This document shows positions 1 to 9,496 of a stretch of 64,000 nt of DNA, piece after piece (the first letter of the stretch is position 1; every line of letters begins with the position of its first letter). The stretch lies in the NCBI GenBank assembly GCA_001823065.1, contig MHTJ01000003.1, positions 253,283-317,282 on the forward strand. Reading direction: 5' to 3'. The notes beneath the pieces are model-generated. The model saw only the letters and a list, made by a program, of their open reading frames with translations, ran no database searches and was not told the DNA's origin. The translations under genes were made by a program, and so were the position numbers. The DNA is from Candidatus Vogelbacteria bacterium RIFOXYD1_FULL_44_32. Its GTDB lineage: Bacteria > Patescibacteriota > Minisyncoccia > Phycocordibacterales > XYD1-FULL-46-19.

Positions 1-1
1 A

Positions 2-529
2 CTAGCCACATTTTCCGCTATCAACGATGCGCTGACTAAATATTCAGATTTCGTTATTTTAGATATTAGTGGAGAAATTACTGACATCATAATTGTCCGA
101 CATCATACTATTGCTACGATTGCTTCCATCCCAATCGGCACTTACACGGTCGCTAGACGTTTGGCTAAAAAGACTGGTCAAAATGTAGTTAGTGCTTATT
201 CCTCACTAAAATTACTTGGTGAAAATATTCTCCAAAATCATTCTCACCACGATTTTGATACCCTGGTCGCCGATGTAAAGCAAGAATGGCTGTATGACTT
301 AATGACTGTTTTAAATTCCTACGAAACAAAAGATGAAAATTTACCCCTAGTTGTTGTTGGCGATGACAAAAGCGCGACAGTTTTGGGGGATTGGGCCAAA
401 TTTGCGGGTAGTCGAGAATCAATGATAGCTGATGAAGAATTACTAGCTGATCTATACCCTAGTAGGCGGTCACCGTCAAGAGTGACTGGGCACCTTGTTG
501 GCCAGTTGTTTGCTCAGAAATACTTGTGA
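2..529 (+). CDS. C-terminal portion of an FtsA/PilM-family actin-fold protein (gene starts upstream of window)
   Basis: Frame is open from the window edge to TGA at 527-529. Motif VILDISGEITDIIIV resembles the nucleotide-binding Gly/Thr-rich motif of FtsA/PilM/MreB-type ATPases. The ORF track begins at an internal TTG (161). Confidence 0.4.
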   Translation, partial: LATFSAINDALTKYSDFVILDISGEITDIIIVRHHTIATIASIPIGTYTVARRLAKKTGQNVVSAYSSLKLLGENILQNHSHHDFDTLVADVKQEWLYDLMTVLNSYETKDENLPLVVVGDDKSATVLGDWAKFAGSRESMIADEELLADLYPSRRSPSRVTGHLVGQLFAQKYL

Positions 530-570
530 TATACTAGATTGAGTATTATCGGAGGTTAAATAATAATGCT

Positions 571-1905
571 GTGTCAGAAGAACTTACCAATAATCATAAG
601 AAGAGTTTGCGCGAAATTTTACCAAAAGGGAACGGTCGATCATATCGCCGTTCTATCCCTTTTAATCCTGGCACAATTGGCCAAGAGGAAGAGGGAGTTA
701 ATAACCATATTGCGGGGGATGCGGAAGCTATCCTTCGCTCACGCCGTATGCCAAAAATTCCAAAATATCTGATTTGGGGGCTAGGACTTGCCTTCATCAT
801 AATTATAGTTTTTGTGGTTAGCTCTGTTTTTGCTCAAGCGACTGTCTATATATCACCCAAACAAGCCAAAATAAATTTGACAGAGACTTTTACGGCCTAT
901 CAATCGGCCGCCGCGGGCGAGTTGGAATTCGGAACAATTACCAATTCAATTTCAGAAGCAGTCGTTGTTAAAGCTTCAGGAACTAAAGATGTAGCTGAAA
1001 AAGCGACTGGTCAAATAACAATTTTCAATGATTTTAGCTCGGAACCACAAACTCTAATCGCCAAGACCCGTTTTGAGACTAGTGATGGTAAAATTTTTCG
1101 CATTACTAAAGAAGTAGTGGTTCCGGGCCAAAAGATTGAAACTGGTAAATCTACCCCCGGGCAGGTTACCACTACTGTTGTAGCCGATGTCGCCGGAGCT
1201 GAATATAATGTCGGTCCAGCGGAATTTACTATTCCAGGGTTTAAAGACACTCCTCGTTATGATAAATTCTCCGCTCGCTCCAAAACAGCCATGGTTGGCG
1301 GGTTGGTTGGCAAAACTAGTACTATTTCCGAAACTGATCGCCAGGACGCAGAGGCTGAATTAAAACAAAAATTAGCTACAAAATCTGGCGACAAATCAGC
1401 TATTACGGTCCCGTCTGGACAAATCCTATTCAAAGATTCTTTGTTGACCAGCACCACCTTTGAAACAAAAGCTGGATCAAAAAGTGGTGAAGCCCAAGTC
1501 GTCGGCACACTGACCTATACTGGGATTGTGTTTAATGAAGAAAAGTTGGCTGGCTATCTCGCTTCTCGCTATATTCCTGATTATGATGATGAGCCAGTTA
1601 CAATTGCCAATGAAGATGCCTTAAATTTAACTATTGTTGATAAAGATAAAATTGACCCTCAAGCACTAACTGAAATAAACATTAAAGCGGGCGGAACTGC
1701 ATACCTAATTTGGCAGGTTGATATTGCTGGGTTTAAAAAAGCTTTGACTGGCTACAATAAAGGAAATTTTGAAATGGCCTTGGCCGATTTTCCAGCCATT
1801 GAGAGCGCTAAACTAAAGCTATCTCCACCGTGGGCCTCATCCATACCAGATGATACTGAAAAAATTACGATTGAGGAGGTGCTTCAAGGTGAAACAGCTA
1901 AATAA
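571..1905 (+). CDS. hypothetical bitopic membrane protein (about 60-aa cytoplasmic N-terminus, one TM helix, about 370-aa extracytoplasmic domain); possibly pilus-assembly related given the upstream PilM-like gene
   Basis: 444-aa ORF with GTG start. Hydrophobic segment YLIWGLGLAFIIIIVFVVSSVF. A GGAGG lies about 15 nt upstream, so the exact start is uncertain. Confidence 0.55.
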   Translation: MSEELTNNHKKSLREILPKGNGRSYRRSIPFNPGTIGQEEEGVNNHIAGDAEAILRSRRMPKIPKYLIWGLGLAFIIIIVFVVSSVFAQATVYISPKQAKINLTETFTAYQSAAAGELEFGTITNSISEAVVVKASGTKDVAEKATGQITIFNDFSSEPQTLIAKTRFETSDGKIFRITKEVVVPGQKIETGKSTPGQVTTTVVADVAGAEYNVGPAEFTIPGFKDTPRYDKFSARSKTAMVGGLVGKTSTISETDRQDAEAELKQKLATKSGDKSAITVPSGQILFKDSLLTSTTFETKAGSKSGEAQVVGTLTYTGIVFNEEKLAGYLASRYIPDYDDEPVTIANEDALNLTIVDKDKIDPQALTEINIKAGGTAYLIWQVDIAGFKKALTGYNKGNFEMALADFPAIESAKLKLSPPWASSIPDDTEKITIEEVLQGETAK

Positions 1906-1971
1906 TAGTTATTCCTATCGACATCTTGACTAATATTACCAAAATCTGCTACTATATATCGGGTATCAAAA

Positions 1972-2205
1972 ATGAATACCAATAAAGAAGGCTCGACACC
2001 AAAAAGTGGCGAGCAGATAGTGTCTGGTGTGGTTTTGGAGGCATTGCCTAACACCCACTTTAAAATAAAGGTGGGTGATAATGTTTTGCTTTCATATCTC
2101 GCTGGCAAGATGCGTTTACACCGAATTAGAGTCTTGGTTGGCGACAAAGTAGAGGTTCTCCTCGATTCATATGGTGGCAAAGGCAGAATTATAAAACGGT
2201 TGTAA
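1972..2205 (+). CDS. infA: translation initiation factor IF-1
   Basis: 77 aa. S1-like OB fold sequence GVVLEALPNTHFKIKVGDNVLLSYLAGKMRLHRIRVLVGDKVEV is typical of IF-1. It lies immediately upstream of rpmJ as in the conserved cluster. Confidence 0.9.
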   Translation: MNTNKEGSTPKSGEQIVSGVVLEALPNTHFKIKVGDNVLLSYLAGKMRLHRIRVLVGDKVEVLLDSYGGKGRIIKRL

Positions 2206-2222
2206 TTTATTGTTTATATAAG

Positions 2223-2339
2223 ATGAAAGTTCGGTCAACAATCAAGCAACGTTGTCCACAGTGCAAGATGGTAAAGCGTCGTGGTCATCTATACATAATT
2301 TGTAAGAATAAGCCTCGACATAAGCAGAAGCAGGCTTAA
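2223..2339 (+). CDS. rpmJ: 50S ribosomal protein L36
   Basis: 38-aa ORF MKVRSTIKQRCPQCKMVKRRGHLYIICKNKPRHKQKQA with CxxC...C...H zinc-ribbon pattern. It is too short for the ORF track and was found by reading the infA-rpsM spacer. Confidence 0.9.
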   Translation: MKVRSTIKQRCPQCKMVKRRGHLYIICKNKPRHKQKQA

Positions 2340-2352
2340 TTTAATTTATTAT

Positions 2353-2733
2353 ATGTTACGTATTTCTGGTATTACAATTCCTGATAATAAAAGACTAGAG
2401 ATCGGTCTGACCGCTATTTATGGTATTGGGCGTAATCGCGCTAAATCCATTCTTAATAATCTCAAAATTGAACACGGTCGCCGTCCCGCCGAACTTTCAG
2501 CTGGTGAGGAAAACGATATTCGTAAAGCTGTCGAAATATTTAAAATTGAGGGTGACCTAAAACGAGAGGTTAGTGGCAATATTAAAAGATTGAAGGATAT
2601 TAAATCCTATGTCGGCATTCGACACACTCGTGGGTTACCAGTCAGAGGCCAAAGAACCAAAACCAATGCGCGGACTCGTAAAGGTCCTAAAAAGACTATG
2701 GGTTCAGGTAAAAAGAAAGTTGATAAAAAATAA
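2353..2733 (+). CDS. rpsM: 30S ribosomal protein S13
   Basis: 126 aa with a lysine/arginine-rich C-terminal tail. The family match (MLRISGITIPDNKRLEIGLTAIYGIGRNRA) is unambiguous. Confidence 0.95.
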   Translation: MLRISGITIPDNKRLEIGLTAIYGIGRNRAKSILNNLKIEHGRRPAELSAGEENDIRKAVEIFKIEGDLKREVSGNIKRLKDIKSYVGIRHTRGLPVRGQRTKTNARTRKGPKKTMGSGKKKVDKK

Positions 2734-2740
2734 TTAATTT

Positions 2741-3172
2741 ATGGGAAAAAAACGAATTATTAAGCAAGGCGGTCATGATTCAGGGGGAGCAAAAACCCGG
2801 GCTCTTGGTCGAGTGTCAAAAAAGAAAATTGAGCTGGGGATTTTGCACGTCAAGGCCACCTACAACAATACGGCCCTCCTCCTCACCGATGCCACAGGCA
2901 ATGCCATTTTGGCCTCATCGAGTGGGGCGCTAGGTTACAAAGGTTCTAAGAAAGGAACGCCCTACGCGGCTGGTAAAGTCGGTGAGCTCCTAGCCGAAAA
3001 GGCTCAAGCGATGGGTTTAAAGGAGGTTGATGTGATTATTAGGGGTGTCGGTTCGGGTCGAGAATCATCCGTTCGGTCTTTTATTGCTAAAGGAATAAAT
3101 ATTTTGTCGATAAAAGATAAAACACCGGTGCCGTTTAATGGCCCGAAGGCTCCGAAGCCAAGACGGGTTTAA
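2741..3172 (+). CDS. rpsK: 30S ribosomal protein S11
   Basis: 143 aa. Conserved S11 core GILHVKATYNNTALLLTDATGN...GYKGSKKGTPYAA. Confidence 0.95.
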   Translation: MGKKRIIKQGGHDSGGAKTRALGRVSKKKIELGILHVKATYNNTALLLTDATGNAILASSSGALGYKGSKKGTPYAAGKVGELLAEKAQAMGLKEVDVIIRGVGSGRESSVRSFIAKGINILSIKDKTPVPFNGPKAPKPRRV

Positions 3173-3196
3173 TTTTAATTTAATTTTTTTAATACT

Positions 3197-3817
3197 ATGG
3201 GACTTCGCATTGGACCAAAATATAAAATTGCTCGCCGGTTAGAAGAAAAAATATTTTCTAAAACCCAGACGACTAAATTTGCCATCTCTGGTTCGGAAAA
3301 AAGCGGTAAACAAGGTGGTCGGAAAAAAACTGTTAGTGAATACGGCCGACAGCTTTTAGAGAAGCAAAAAGCTAAATACACTTATGGTGTCAATGAAAGG
3401 CAGTTTTCAAATTATGTCAAAGAGGTGAGGGGTCTTAAAAATATTAATACCTCATCTGAAATGTTTAGACTACTTGAGTCCCGCTTAGATAATATTGTCT
3501 TTCGGCTTGGTTTAGCTAACTCACGCCTTTTGTCGCGGCAGATGGTCTCCCATGGGCATATTCTCGTCAATGGTCGGCGGGTCACAGTACCTTCGGCGCG
3601 GGTGCGAATCGGCGACAAAATTTCGGTCCGAGTTCAAAGCCAGCAAAAAGGAATGTTTGCCAGTTTAGCAGAAAGATTAAAAACCTATACCACACCAAAT
3701 TGGCTAATATTTGATGATAAGAGTATGGCCGGTGAAGTGAAGGGTAGTCCGGAGTATGGAGGAAACGAATCCAATCTTAATTTCGCTTCAATCCTGGAGT
3801 TTTACAGCCGGGTTTAA
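3197..3817 (+). CDS. rpsD: 30S ribosomal protein S4
   Basis: 206 aa. S4 N-terminal region and S4 RNA-binding domain (LESRLDNIVFRLGLANSRLLSRQMVSHGHILVNGRRV). Confidence 0.95.
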   Translation: MGLRIGPKYKIARRLEEKIFSKTQTTKFAISGSEKSGKQGGRKKTVSEYGRQLLEKQKAKYTYGVNERQFSNYVKEVRGLKNINTSSEMFRLLESRLDNIVFRLGLANSRLLSRQMVSHGHILVNGRRVTVPSARVRIGDKISVRVQSQQKGMFASLAERLKTYTTPNWLIFDDKSMAGEVKGSPEYGGNESNLNFASILEFYSRV

Positions 3818-3859
3818 AACGATTTATTTTATTTATTAGTATAGCCTAGAAACCCAACT

Positions 3860-4843
3860 ATGCCTGATTTTAATATCATTTTGCCATCCAAACCAATCAT
3901 CGTCTCCGAAGGGGACAATTTTGGGGTGTATGAAATTGAGGGCCTTTATCCCGGATACGGTCATACCTTAGGTAACTCTCTGCGCCGGATTATTTTGTCC
4001 TCCCTACCCGGCTTTGCTGTTACAGCAGTAAAAATAGACGGGGCCAATCATGAGTTTGCGACCCTCGATGGTGTTAAAGAAGATGTGATTTCGATTGTGC
4101 TAAATCTCAAAAAATTAAGATTTAAGGTAGTAGGTGATGATAAAAAAATTGTTACTATTGACTGTTCTGGTATTAAGGAAGTAACCGCCGGTGATATTAA
4201 AACCAGTGGTGATGTTGAAATAGTCAATCCAGATTTGTATATTGCTTCAGTAACTGAAAAGACCGCTAGCCTAAAGATTGAATTAACTCTAGAAAAAGGG
4301 ATGGGGTATGTGCCGAAAGAAGTGCTCCAAAAAGAAAAAGTAGATATCGGAACTATTGCGCTTGATGCTATCTTTACACCTATTCGTCGCGCTAGTTATG
4401 AGGTTGAACAGATGCGGGTTGGTAATCGTACTGATTATAATAAACTTAGGGTTTCGATTGAAACTAATGGCGATGTTTCCCCTCGGGAGGCACTTGAACA
4501 ATCTATTGCTATTATGATCAATCAGCTTAAAGCAATTGTTGGCTTTAAAGAGGACATCGAAGATTTAATAGTGGAAAATGCTGGCACCAATTCTGATGTG
4601 GAAAAGGAAATGGAGGGTGCCCTAAATTCCGAACCGGAAGATGAGGATGTACTAAAGACAAGAATTGACGATTTGAACCTTTCCGGCCGAACTCAAAAAG
4701 CCCTAGCCAATGCTAGTATTCGAACTGTCGGTGGGTTGATTCGCAAAAAAGAAAATGATTTACTAGACATCGAAGGTTTGGGGGATAAGGGTGTACAGGA
4801 GATAAAACGGGCCTTATCAAACTTTGGCATTTTGCTTAAATAA
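3860..4843 (+). CDS. rpoA: DNA-directed RNA polymerase subunit alpha
   Basis: 327 aa. N-terminal dimerisation domain (GVYEIEGLYPGYGHTLGNSLRRIILSSLPGFAV) and C-terminal alpha-CTD helix-hairpin-helix (DLNLSGRTQKALANASIRTVGGL). Confidence 0.95.
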   Translation: MPDFNIILPSKPIIVSEGDNFGVYEIEGLYPGYGHTLGNSLRRIILSSLPGFAVTAVKIDGANHEFATLDGVKEDVISIVLNLKKLRFKVVGDDKKIVTIDCSGIKEVTAGDIKTSGDVEIVNPDLYIASVTEKTASLKIELTLEKGMGYVPKEVLQKEKVDIGTIALDAIFTPIRRASYEVEQMRVGNRTDYNKLRVSIETNGDVSPREALEQSIAIMINQLKAIVGFKEDIEDLIVENAGTNSDVEKEMEGALNSEPEDEDVLKTRIDDLNLSGRTQKALANASIRTVGGLIRKKENDLLDIEGLGDKGVQEIKRALSNFGILLK

Positions 4844-4851
4844 TCCTAAAT

Positions 4852-5202
4852 ATGCAACACCACGGACATACCAGTAAATTAGGGCGAAAAAGCGGCCCGC
4901 GCGAGGCGCTTATTCGTGGTCTCGCTAAAAGTCTAATCGAAAAAGGTCGGATCAAAACGACCGAAGCCAGAGCCAAAGCTTTACGACCATATGTTGAAAA
5001 ATTGGTGACCATAGCCAAAAATAATACAGTCACCGCCAAACGAACTGTGACCGCCCGTTTGGGTGGGGAGGTAAAACTAGAAAAATTGTTCAATGAAATT
5101 GGCCCCCGCTATAAAGAAAGAGCGGGGGGCTTTACCCGTATTATAAAAATGCCCGCCCGCGCTGGTGACGCTAGCCCGCAAGCTATTATTGAATTTGTCT
5201 AA
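4852..5202 (+). CDS. rplQ: 50S ribosomal protein L17
   Basis: 116 aa. Pattern RKLGRKSGPREALIRGLAKSLIEKGRIKTTEARAKALRPYVEKL is typical of L17. Confidence 0.95.
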   Translation: MQHHGHTSKLGRKSGPREALIRGLAKSLIEKGRIKTTEARAKALRPYVEKLVTIAKNNTVTAKRTVTARLGGEVKLEKLFNEIGPRYKERAGGFTRIIKMPARAGDASPQAIIEFV

Positions 5203-5210
5203 ATTATTAT

Positions 5211-5555
5211 ATGGAACACATTCTTGACGCTAGCAATATTAGTTTAGGTCGAATCGCGAGTTCGGCGGCAGTCCTTTTGCGTGGCAAAAACACCCCGGCC
5301 TTCGAGCGGTACGAAAAACCCACTAATAAAGTCAAAATAATAAATGCCTCCAAAATGACAGTGACGGGGCGTAAAATGTCGGATAAAATTTATCTAACTC
5401 ACAGTGGCTATCCCGGTGGCCAAAAGGCTCGCACCTTGACCCAGGTTATTGCCAAAAAAGGTGTTGACGAGGCGATTCGCCAAGCTATTTATGGTATGTT
5501 GCCAGATAATAAGTTGCGAGCAATTATGATGAAAAATTTAGTTATTACTGAATAA
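5211..5555 (+). CDS. rplM: 50S ribosomal protein L13
   Basis: 114 aa with L13 family similarity. The usual rplM-rpsI pair follows directly after rplQ. Confidence 0.93.
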   Translation: MEHILDASNISLGRIASSAAVLLRGKNTPAFERYEKPTNKVKIINASKMTVTGRKMSDKIYLTHSGYPGGQKARTLTQVIAKKGVDEAIRQAIYGMLPDNKLRAIMMKNLVITE

Positions 5556-5560
5556 ACCTT

Positions 5561-5968
5561 ATGGCTACTGAAACTACTAAAAATAAATATATTGAAGCCG
5601 TGGGGCGCCGAAAGACGGCGGTGGTTCGCGTCCGACTTACTGCGGCTAGTAAAAGTTCGTACATTGTAAATGGTAAACCATTGACTACTTATTTTCCGGT
5701 CAAAGAATTGCAGGTGATTGTGCAAAAACCTATGATTGATGCCGCGACCAAGGATTATAGTGTGTCTATTGTAGCCAGAGGTGGGGGTATTCATGCTCAA
5801 GCCGAGGGCGCAGCCATGGGAATAGCTCGGGCCCTAACCAAAGCCGATGCCCTATTACGTTTACCACTTAAAAAAGCTGGCCATCTTACCCGTGACCCGC
5901 GCGCCAAAGAACGCCGTAAATTTGGCCTTAAGAAAGCAAGAAAGGCTCCCCAGTGGAGCAAACGGTAG
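5561..5968 (+). CDS. rpsI: 30S ribosomal protein S9
   Basis: 135 aa. GRRKTAVVRVRL...GGGIHAQAEGAAMGIARAL, with a C-terminal KR-rich tail ending in R. Confidence 0.95.
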   Translation: MATETTKNKYIEAVGRRKTAVVRVRLTAASKSSYIVNGKPLTTYFPVKELQVIVQKPMIDAATKDYSVSIVARGGGIHAQAEGAAMGIARALTKADALLRLPLKKAGHLTRDPRAKERRKFGLKKARKAPQWSKR

Positions 5969-6045
5969 TCCGTGCTCCACTGGGGCTAGGAAAAGGGTCG
6001 GGAAGACTACGAGTTTTCCCGTGGAGGAAGGATTGGGAAAACCGA

Positions 6046-6125
6046 GGGTTTCCCAGACCGCAAGCGGTGCAAGCGGTAGTCCTTTTTTCAATCAAAAAAT
6101 GCCGACTTTGCTGGTCGGTATTTTT
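6046..6125 (+). terminator. tandem hairpins with U-runs downstream of rpsI (intrinsic terminator GCCGAC-TTTGCT-GGTCGG + T-run at 6101-6125)
   Basis: Second hairpin GCCGACTTTGCTGGTCGG is followed by TATTTTT. The first GC-rich hairpin (CCGCAAGCGG...) is followed by TTTTTT at 6084-6089. Confidence 0.6.
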
Positions 6126-6174
6126 AAATTATGAGTCCTTGACCTCTGGCTCTAATATTGTAATATAACCACAT

Positions 6175-6768
6175 ATGGATACTGAACAAACATCATTTCG
6201 CGATGAAGTATCGCGCAACGAGCCAAATAATGAATGGCGCAGTTTAGTCATAACCGCAATCATCGGCATCATTCTTGGCTTTATTATTGGTTATTTTGTG
6301 TTTATTAAAAATATTTTTAACCCCTTGGCCAACAACCCAGCCAATACCGCTACATCAACCTTAGAAGATCTAACTACTAAAACGAGTACTTCGACCGCCA
6401 CAACCAAAACCAATGGGCTGATGACAGTGGAAGTACCAGACCAAACACCTAGTTTGCGCACCAAGATTACCAAACTTGTTTTAAGCGAGGGGGCATGGGT
6501 TGTCACCTTTAGTTCAACCGAAGATATGAGCCGACCTAATTTGATTATTGGCGCCCAATATTTTAACCCGGGGACCTATACCGATATTACCTCATATTTG
6601 GCCCAAGGTTTAGTTGCTGGTGAAAAATATTTTGTGGCATTGTATCAAGACGACGCCGCTGGTTCAACCGAACATGTTTTTGATAGTGTGAAGGATAAGC
6701 CATTTACCAAGGGTGCTTATTGGATAATGGATTCGTTTGAGGTTACAGCTGTTGGAGCACGAGGTTAA
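6175..6768 (+). CDS. hypothetical membrane-anchored protein (N-terminal TM helix, Thr/Ser-rich linker, soluble domain)
   Basis: 197-aa ORF. TM segment LVITAIIGIILGFIIGYFVFI. No recognisable family. Confidence 0.55.
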   Translation: MDTEQTSFRDEVSRNEPNNEWRSLVITAIIGIILGFIIGYFVFIKNIFNPLANNPANTATSTLEDLTTKTSTSTATTKTNGLMTVEVPDQTPSLRTKITKLVLSEGAWVVTFSSTEDMSRPNLIIGAQYFNPGTYTDITSYLAQGLVAGEKYFVALYQDDAAGSTEHVFDSVKDKPFTKGAYWIMDSFEVTAVGARG

Positions 6769-6814
6769 CTAGCTGAATATATTTAGTTTTGCCCTTTAGC
6801 AAATAATTTTTGTT

Positions 6815-7378
6815 GTGATGATTAAAAAGCCCTCAACAGATAGCCATAATAGCGATGACTTTACCTTTGAAGATGAGGAAGCCAGCGCTGATATTGCCAA
6901 AAAACTAAAACAGCTACGGGACAAACTAAAAAACAGCGAGGAAGAAAAGATGACCAACCTGGCCGGTTGGCAGAGAGCCCAAGCCGACTACTCTAATTTA
7001 AAAGCCAATAGTGAAAAAGAGCGACAGGTACTAGCGGAAATAATTAAAGCCGGGCTAATTGATGATTTTATTCCGCTGGCCGACAGCTTTGCTATGGCGA
7101 TGGCCAACCACGAGGCTTGGGAGGCCGTGCCGGCCAATTGGCGCAAAGGAGTTGAACATATTTACAGTCAATTAGGAAATATTTTAGCTAATCAAGGTGT
7201 AGAAGTTATTGACCCGATTGGTAAAATATTTGACCCGATTTGGCATGAGTCGGTTGGGCTAGTGACCACCACTAAACCAGACGAGGATCATATGGTTTTA
7301 GAAGTTATTAAGAAGGGTTATCGTTTAGGTGAGAGGATTATTCGCCCCGCGCAGGTCAAAATAGGGGAGTACAAGTAA
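6815..7378 (+). CDS. grpE: nucleotide exchange factor GrpE
   Basis: 187 aa. Coiled-coil N-terminus then a GrpE C-terminal beta-domain (LADSFAMAMAN...GVEVIDPIGKIFDPIWHESV). It sits immediately upstream of dnaK. Confidence 0.9.
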   Translation: MMIKKPSTDSHNSDDFTFEDEEASADIAKKLKQLRDKLKNSEEEKMTNLAGWQRAQADYSNLKANSEKERQVLAEIIKAGLIDDFIPLADSFAMAMANHEAWEAVPANWRKGVEHIYSQLGNILANQGVEVIDPIGKIFDPIWHESVGLVTTTKPDEDHMVLEVIKKGYRLGERIIRPAQVKIGEYK

Positions 7379-7430
7379 AATATGTTAAAATTAAATTCAG
7401 TCATTAATAATCTAAATTAAATAATACGCT

Positions 7431-9320
7431 ATGGCAAAAATACTTGGCATTGATTTGGGAACTACCAACTCCGCAATGGCGTACGTGGAGGGTGGCCAAC
7501 CAAAAATTATCGAAAATAGCGAGGGGGCGCGAACGACGCCTTCGATTGTCGCTCAATCAAAAACCGGTGAACGCCTCGCCGGCCTTTTGGCCAAACGCCA
7601 AGCTGTGACCAACCCACAAAACACTATTTATGGGGTCAAGCGCCTTATGGGTCACAAATTTGAAGACCCCCATGTGCAAAAAGACAAGGGGCTGGTTTCT
7701 TATACTATTGAACGCTCCGACGATGGTGGGGTCAAAGTGGGTATGGGCGACAAAAAATACCGGCCCGAGGAAATTTCGGCCATGATCTTGTCTAAGTTAA
7801 AGCGTGATGCTGAAGCTCATCTCGGTGAAAAAATCGAGGAGGCGGTTATTACCGTGCCAGCTTATTTTGATGACTCACAACGCAAAGCCACTAAAGATGC
7901 CGGTGAAATCGCTGGTTTCAAGGTCCGCCGGATTATCAACGAACCTACTGCCGCCGCACTTGCCTACGGCCTCAACAAAAAGAAAGATGAAAAAGTTGTA
8001 GTTTATGACTTTGGGGGTGGGACTTTTGATGTATCAGTCCTTGATATTACTGGCGAAGGTGGTGAGCAATCGATCGAAGTAAAGTCAACCGACGGTGATT
8101 CGCATATGGGCGGTGAAGATATTGACCAAAAAATTATTGAATGGCTATTGCACGAATTTAAGGCCGAAACCGCTCTCGACATTTCCAAAGACCACCTCGC
8201 TTTACAACGACTCAAAGAAGCCGCCGAAAAAGCTAAACACGAGCTTTCTAGTGCCGTAGATTCGGAAATTAATATTCCCTTTATTACATCCGATGTCTCT
8301 GGCCCCCAGCATCTAGTCAAAAAAATGACCAGAGCCAAGCTCGAAGAAATCGCTGATGAATTTATCAAAAAATCAATTGAGATTACTAAGCGAGCGGTAG
8401 ACGCATCGGGCTATAAACTTGGTGATATCAACGAGATTATTTTAGTCGGTGGTCAAACACGGATGCCTGGTATTCAGGAGGCGGTGAAAAATCTGTTTGG
8501 CAAAGAGCCAAACCGCTCCATTAACCCCGACGAAGTGGTGGCGATTGGCGCCGCCGTGCAGGCTGGTATTTTCCAAGGTGATGTGAAAGATGTGCTTCTA
8601 CTTGATGTCACCCCGCTTTCTTTGGGGATTGAAACTCTCGGTGGAGTCGCCACTAAGCTGATTGACCGCAATACTACTATTCCCACCTCGCGCAGCCAGA
8701 CTTTCTCCACCGCCGCCGACAACCAGACTTCGGTCGAGATTCATATTGTCCAAGGCGAAAGGGAGATGGCCGCCGATAACAAGACATTGGGGCGCTTTAT
8801 TTTAGACGGTATTCCACCCTCACCTCGCGGTCTACCGCAAGTTGAGGTAAGCTTTGATATCGACGCCAATGGTATTTTGTCAGTCAAAGCCAAGGACAAA
8901 ACTTCTGGTAAAGAACAGTCTATTCGCATTGAGGCCCAATCCTCATTATCTAAAGAGGATATTGAAAAAATGAAGGCCGAGGCACAAACACATGCCGACG
9001 AAGATAAGAAAAAACGCGAAATTGTTGATGCTAAAAATACCGCCGAGCAGATGATTTACACCGCCGAAAAATCACTTCGTGATGCAGGAGATAAAATCAC
9101 AGCCGAAATAAAGGCGGAGGTTGAGGAAAAAATAAAAAATCTTCGTGAGGCCAAAGATAAAGAAGACTTAGAATTGATAAAAAATACCACCCAAGAACTT
9201 TCCACCGCGATGATGAAAATTGGCGAAGCGATGGCTAAAGCGGGTGAGGCCGATAAAACTGCGCCAGAAAACAAGGAGGGGGAGGTGCGGGAGGCGGAGA
9301 CGGAAGAGAAGAAAGATTGA
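7431..9320 (+). CDS. dnaK: molecular chaperone DnaK (Hsp70)
   Basis: 629 aa. Hsp70 signatures [20 protein letters not shown] and [15 protein letters not shown], plus an EEVD-like acidic C-terminus. Confidence 0.97.
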   Translation: MAKILGIDLGTTNSAMAYVEGGQPKIIENSEGARTTPSIVAQSKTGERLAGLLAKRQAVTNPQNTIYGVKRLMGHKFEDPHVQKDKGLVSYTIERSDDGGVKVGMGDKKYRPEEISAMILSKLKRDAEAHLGEKIEEAVITVPAYFDDSQRKATKDAGEIAGFKVRRIINEPTAAALAYGLNKKKDEKVVVYDFGGGTFDVSVLDITGEGGEQSIEVKSTDGDSHMGGEDIDQKIIEWLLHEFKAETALDISKDHLALQRLKEAAEKAKHELSSAVDSEINIPFITSDVSGPQHLVKKMTRAKLEEIADEFIKKSIEITKRAVDASGYKLGDINEIILVGGQTRMPGIQEAVKNLFGKEPNRSINPDEVVAIGAAVQAGIFQGDVKDVLLLDVTPLSLGIETLGGVATKLIDRNTTIPTSRSQTFSTAADNQTSVEIHIVQGEREMAADNKTLGRFILDGIPPSPRGLPQVEVSFDIDANGILSVKAKDKTSGKEQSIRIEAQSSLSKEDIEKMKAEAQTHADEDKKKREIVDAKNTAEQMIYTAEKSLRDAGDKITAEIKAEVEEKIKNLREAKDKEDLELIKNTTQELSTAMMKIGEAMAKAGEADKTAPENKEGEVREAETEEKKD

Positions 9321-9356
9321 GTAAATTAAGGAGCGGGGCGACTATAATTTACCAAA

Positions 9357-9455
9357 CCCGCCCTGTTCTGATACTGACTGTCGGTGAACATTTCAAATAA
9401 AATTGCCGATCGCCAGTTGAGAGGAAGATTAAAGTGAGTATCAGAACAGGGCGGG
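9357..9455 (+). repeat. 19-bp perfect inverted repeat (CCCGCCCTGTTCTGATACT ... AGTATCAGAACAGGGCGGG) enclosing 61 nt in the dnaK-dnaJ spacer
   Basis: Read directly from the sequence. Arms at 9357-9375 and 9437-9455. Confidence 0.8.
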
Positions 9456-9496
9456 GTGAAGAAAAATATATTCACTCCATTCATTATTTTTCATTC

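Noticed and set aside
566-772. Alternative ATG at 566 with good SD spacing giving a 68-aa ORF out of frame with the 444-aa gene
   Set aside because: The 444-aa frame is far longer and membrane-protein-like. The 68-aa product is not supported. Start-site ambiguity is noted in the feature instead. A sequencing frameshift cannot be excluded but is not needed.
5847-6168. ORFs 5847-6134 (+), 5953-6168 (+) and 5861-6091 (-) overlapping the rpsI 3' end and terminators
   Set aside because: They run through hairpin/terminator structures and partly overlap rpsI in another frame. Products are Gly/Pro/Arg-rich with no features. Treated as non-coding structured RNA.
6770-7430. CIRCE (HrcA) operator upstream of grpE/dnaK
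   Set aside because: No TTAGCACTC-N9-GAGTGCTAA-like inverted repeat in either upstream spacer.
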